Positions 40,217 through 41,878 of a stretch of 41,878 bases of DNA are shown one piece after another; within the stretch, counting starts at the first letter, position 1, and every line of letters starts with the position of its first letter. The stretch is from NCBI GenBank assembly GCA_045651025.1, contig JAZRRU010000070.1:1-41878 (forward strand), given 5' to 3'. Position numbers and translations under genes: made by a program. The notes under the pieces were generated by a model that made no database searches, had not been told where the DNA came from, and saw nothing but the letters and a program-made list of their open reading frames with translations. The DNA comes from Eubacteriales bacterium (lineage in GTDB: Bacteria > Bacillota > Clostridia > Oscillospirales > CAG-382).

Positions 40217-41878
40217 CGTATTTAAGAACAGCCATGAACGCTTCCTGCGGTACTTCGACCGTGCCGAGCGTTCTCATGCGCTTCTTACCTTCTTTTTGCT
40301 TTTCAAGAAGCTTCTTCTTACGTGTGATGTCACCGCCGTAGCATTTCGCAAGAACGTCTTTTCTCATCGCCTTGACGGTCTCTCGCGCGATAACCTTTCC
40401 GCCGATAGCCGCCTGAACGGGAATCTCAAAAAGCTGTCTCGGAATGTTGTCCTTGAGCTTTTCGCAGATTCGCCTTGCTCTCGGATACGCTCTGTCGGAA
40501 TGGATTATGAACGAAAGCGCGTCAACAACGTCACCGTTGAGAAGTATATCAAGCTTCGAGAGCTTCGACGGTCTGTAGTCCTTGAACTCATAGTCGAGCG
40601 AAGCGTAGCCCTTGCTCTTCGATTTGAGCGAGTCGAAGAAGTCATATACGATCTCGTTTAGGGGGAGAAGATAATGAAGCTCGGCTCTGTTCGTGTCGAT
40701 GTACTTCATATCAACGTATTCGCCTCTGCGGTCGGTACAGAGCTGCATGATAGTACCGACGTATTCGGTAGGCGTGATTATCGTCGCCTTGACAAACGGT
40801 TCACAAGCCGTCTCGATGTTCGCAGGATCGGGATAATTCGAGGGGTTGTCGATGTAAACCGTCTCGCCGTTCGTCTTGTGTATCTCATAGATAACGCTCG
40901 GAGCGGTTGTGATAAGATCGAGCATAAACTCGCGCTCAAGACGCTCCTCAATTATCTCCATGTGCAAAAGACCGAGGAATCCGCATCTGAACCCGAACCC
41001 AAGCGCCGCCGACGTTTCGAGCTCGTAGGTGAACGAAGCGTCGTTAAGACGGAGCTTGTCGAGCGCATCCTTGAGATCACCGTATTTGGAGCCGTCAGCA
41101 GGGTAAATACCTGCATAAACCATGGGCTGTGCCTTCTTGAAGCCGGGAAGCGGCTTCTCACAGGGATTTTCAACGAGCGTGACCGTGTCACCTACGTCGG
41201 TGTCCGCGATGTTCTTGATGCTTGCGGTGAAGTATCCGACCTCGCCTGCTTCGAGAACGTCTTTTTTGTCGAGCGAGAATGTCGAGAGCGTACCGAGCTC
41301 GACGATCTCAAATTCCGCACCCGTGTGCATCATTCTGACCTTGTCGCCGACCTTCATTCTGCCGTTCATAACGCGTATATAAACGACAACGCCCTTGTAT
41401 GCGTCGTAATAGCTGTCAAATATCCACGCCTCAAGCGGAGCTTCTCTGTCGCCCTTGGGACAGGGAACCTCCTTGACTACCTTCTCGAGAACGTCTTTGA
41501 TGCCGATGCCCATTTTTGCGCTTATGCAGGGCGCATCATCTGCGGGAATACCGATGATATCCTCGATTTCGCGCTTCACCATATCGGGGTCTGCGCTCGG
41601 AAGATCGATCTTGTTGATGACGGGAATTATCTCGAGATCGTGATCGACCGCAAGATAAGCGTTTGCAAGCGTCTGCGCCTGAATACCCTGAGTCGAGTCG
41701 ACGATAAGAACCGCGCCCTCGCAAGCCGCGAGCGAACGCGAAACCTCATACCCAAAGTCAACGTGACCGGGGGTGTCGATGAGGTTGAGTATATACTCCT
41801 CACCGCTTTCGGTTGTGAAGTTGAGCTTAACAGCGTGTGCCTTGATGGTAATTCCACGCTCACGCTCAAGGTCCATAT
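40206..41878 (-). CDS. lepA: elongation factor 4 (LepA), 5'-truncated by the window edge
   Basis: [24 protein letters not shown] GTPase motifs and the LepA-specific C-terminal domain. The reading frame is open to the window end, so the N-terminal G1 motif lies outside. Confidence 0.95.
   Translation of the reverse strand, partial: MDLERERGITIKAHAVKLNFTTESGEEYILNLIDTPGHVDFGYEVSRSLAACEGAVLIVDSTQGIQAQTLANAYLAVDHDLEIIPVINKIDLPSADPDMVKREIEDIIGIPADDAPCISAKMGIGIKDVLEKVVKEVPCPKGDREAPLEAWIFDSYYDAYKGVVVYIRVMNGRMKVGDKVRMMHTGAEFEIVELGTLSTFSLDKKDVLEAGEVGYFTASIKNIADTDVGDTVTLVENPCEKPLPGFKKAQPMVYAGIYPADGSKYGDLKDALDKLRLNDASFTYELETSAALGFGFRCGFLGLLHMEIIEERLEREFMLDLITTAPSVIYEIHKTNGETVYIDNPSNYPDPANIETACEPFVKATIITPTEYVGTIMQLCTDRRGEYVDMKYIDTNRAELHYLLPLNEIVYDFFDSLKSKSKGYASLDYEFKDYRPSKLSKLDILLNGDVVDALSFIIHSDRAYPRARRICEKLKDNIPRQLFEIPVQAAIGGKVIARETVKAMRKDVLAKCYGGDITRKKKLLEKQKEGKKRMRTLGTVEVPQEAFMAVLKYDDE

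Overview
This is 41.9 kb of a Gram-positive, Clostridia-like chromosome. The taxonomy is inferred only from four T-box leaders, many TTGACA-17-TATAAT promoters, GGAGG ribosome-binding sites and gene content.

Content in order:
(i) 1-3.8 kb (+): trxB (5' partial), ccdA, a TlpA/ResA-type thioredoxin and a MATE exporter, at roughly 38-43% GC. GC and codon usage jump to about 52% inside the next gene (yhhQ-like transporter, near nt 3830) and stay there.
(ii) 5.1-15.3 kb (-): a run of T-box-controlled, non-textbook genes.
- A Tyr(UAC) T-box precedes an SSS-family symporter.
- A Leu(CUC) T-box precedes a catalytically degenerate LeuA paralog, a TIM-barrel::acyl-CoA-ligase fusion and a MetY-type PLP enzyme.
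- A separate promoter plus a probable Ile(AUC) T-box precedes an HTH-cupin::acyl-CoA-synthetase fusion.
(iii) 15.4-21.8 kb (+): metal homeostasis genes. These are a ferritin-like/VIT1 protein, feoA-feoB plus a Cys-rich peptide with a repeated GTTAGC-N4-GCTAAC palindrome, and copZ-copA.
(iv) 21.8-26.8 kb: a Trp(UGG) T-box preceding a stand-alone trpB2, then a VanY-type peptidase, rpe, a DUF421/DUF4363 pair and a C_GCAxxG_C_C protein.
(v) 26.95-27.62 kb: a seven-tRNA array, Asp-Gly-Cys-Thr-Gly-Asp-Phe.
(vi) 27.6-39.1 kb: an accessory segment wedged between the tRNA array and the housekeeping hemW-lepA pair. It holds a roughly 30% GC islet with one membrane protein and a membrane-anchored protein with its own promoter. 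It also holds a 9.9-kb, single-strand, tightly coupled phage-like operon. That operon encodes terS, terL, portal, scaffold, a small HK97-type capsid, short-tail/nozzle-like proteins, a 639-aa coiled-coil protein built from six 40-aa repeats, and a holin. Its composition is host-like, but it has no integrase, repressor, replication or endolysin gene.

No rRNA, CRISPR array or transposase was seen. The two items most worth follow-up are the T-box-wired ligase/pseudoenzyme cluster and the structural-genes-only phage-like element (GTA-like or domesticated remnant).
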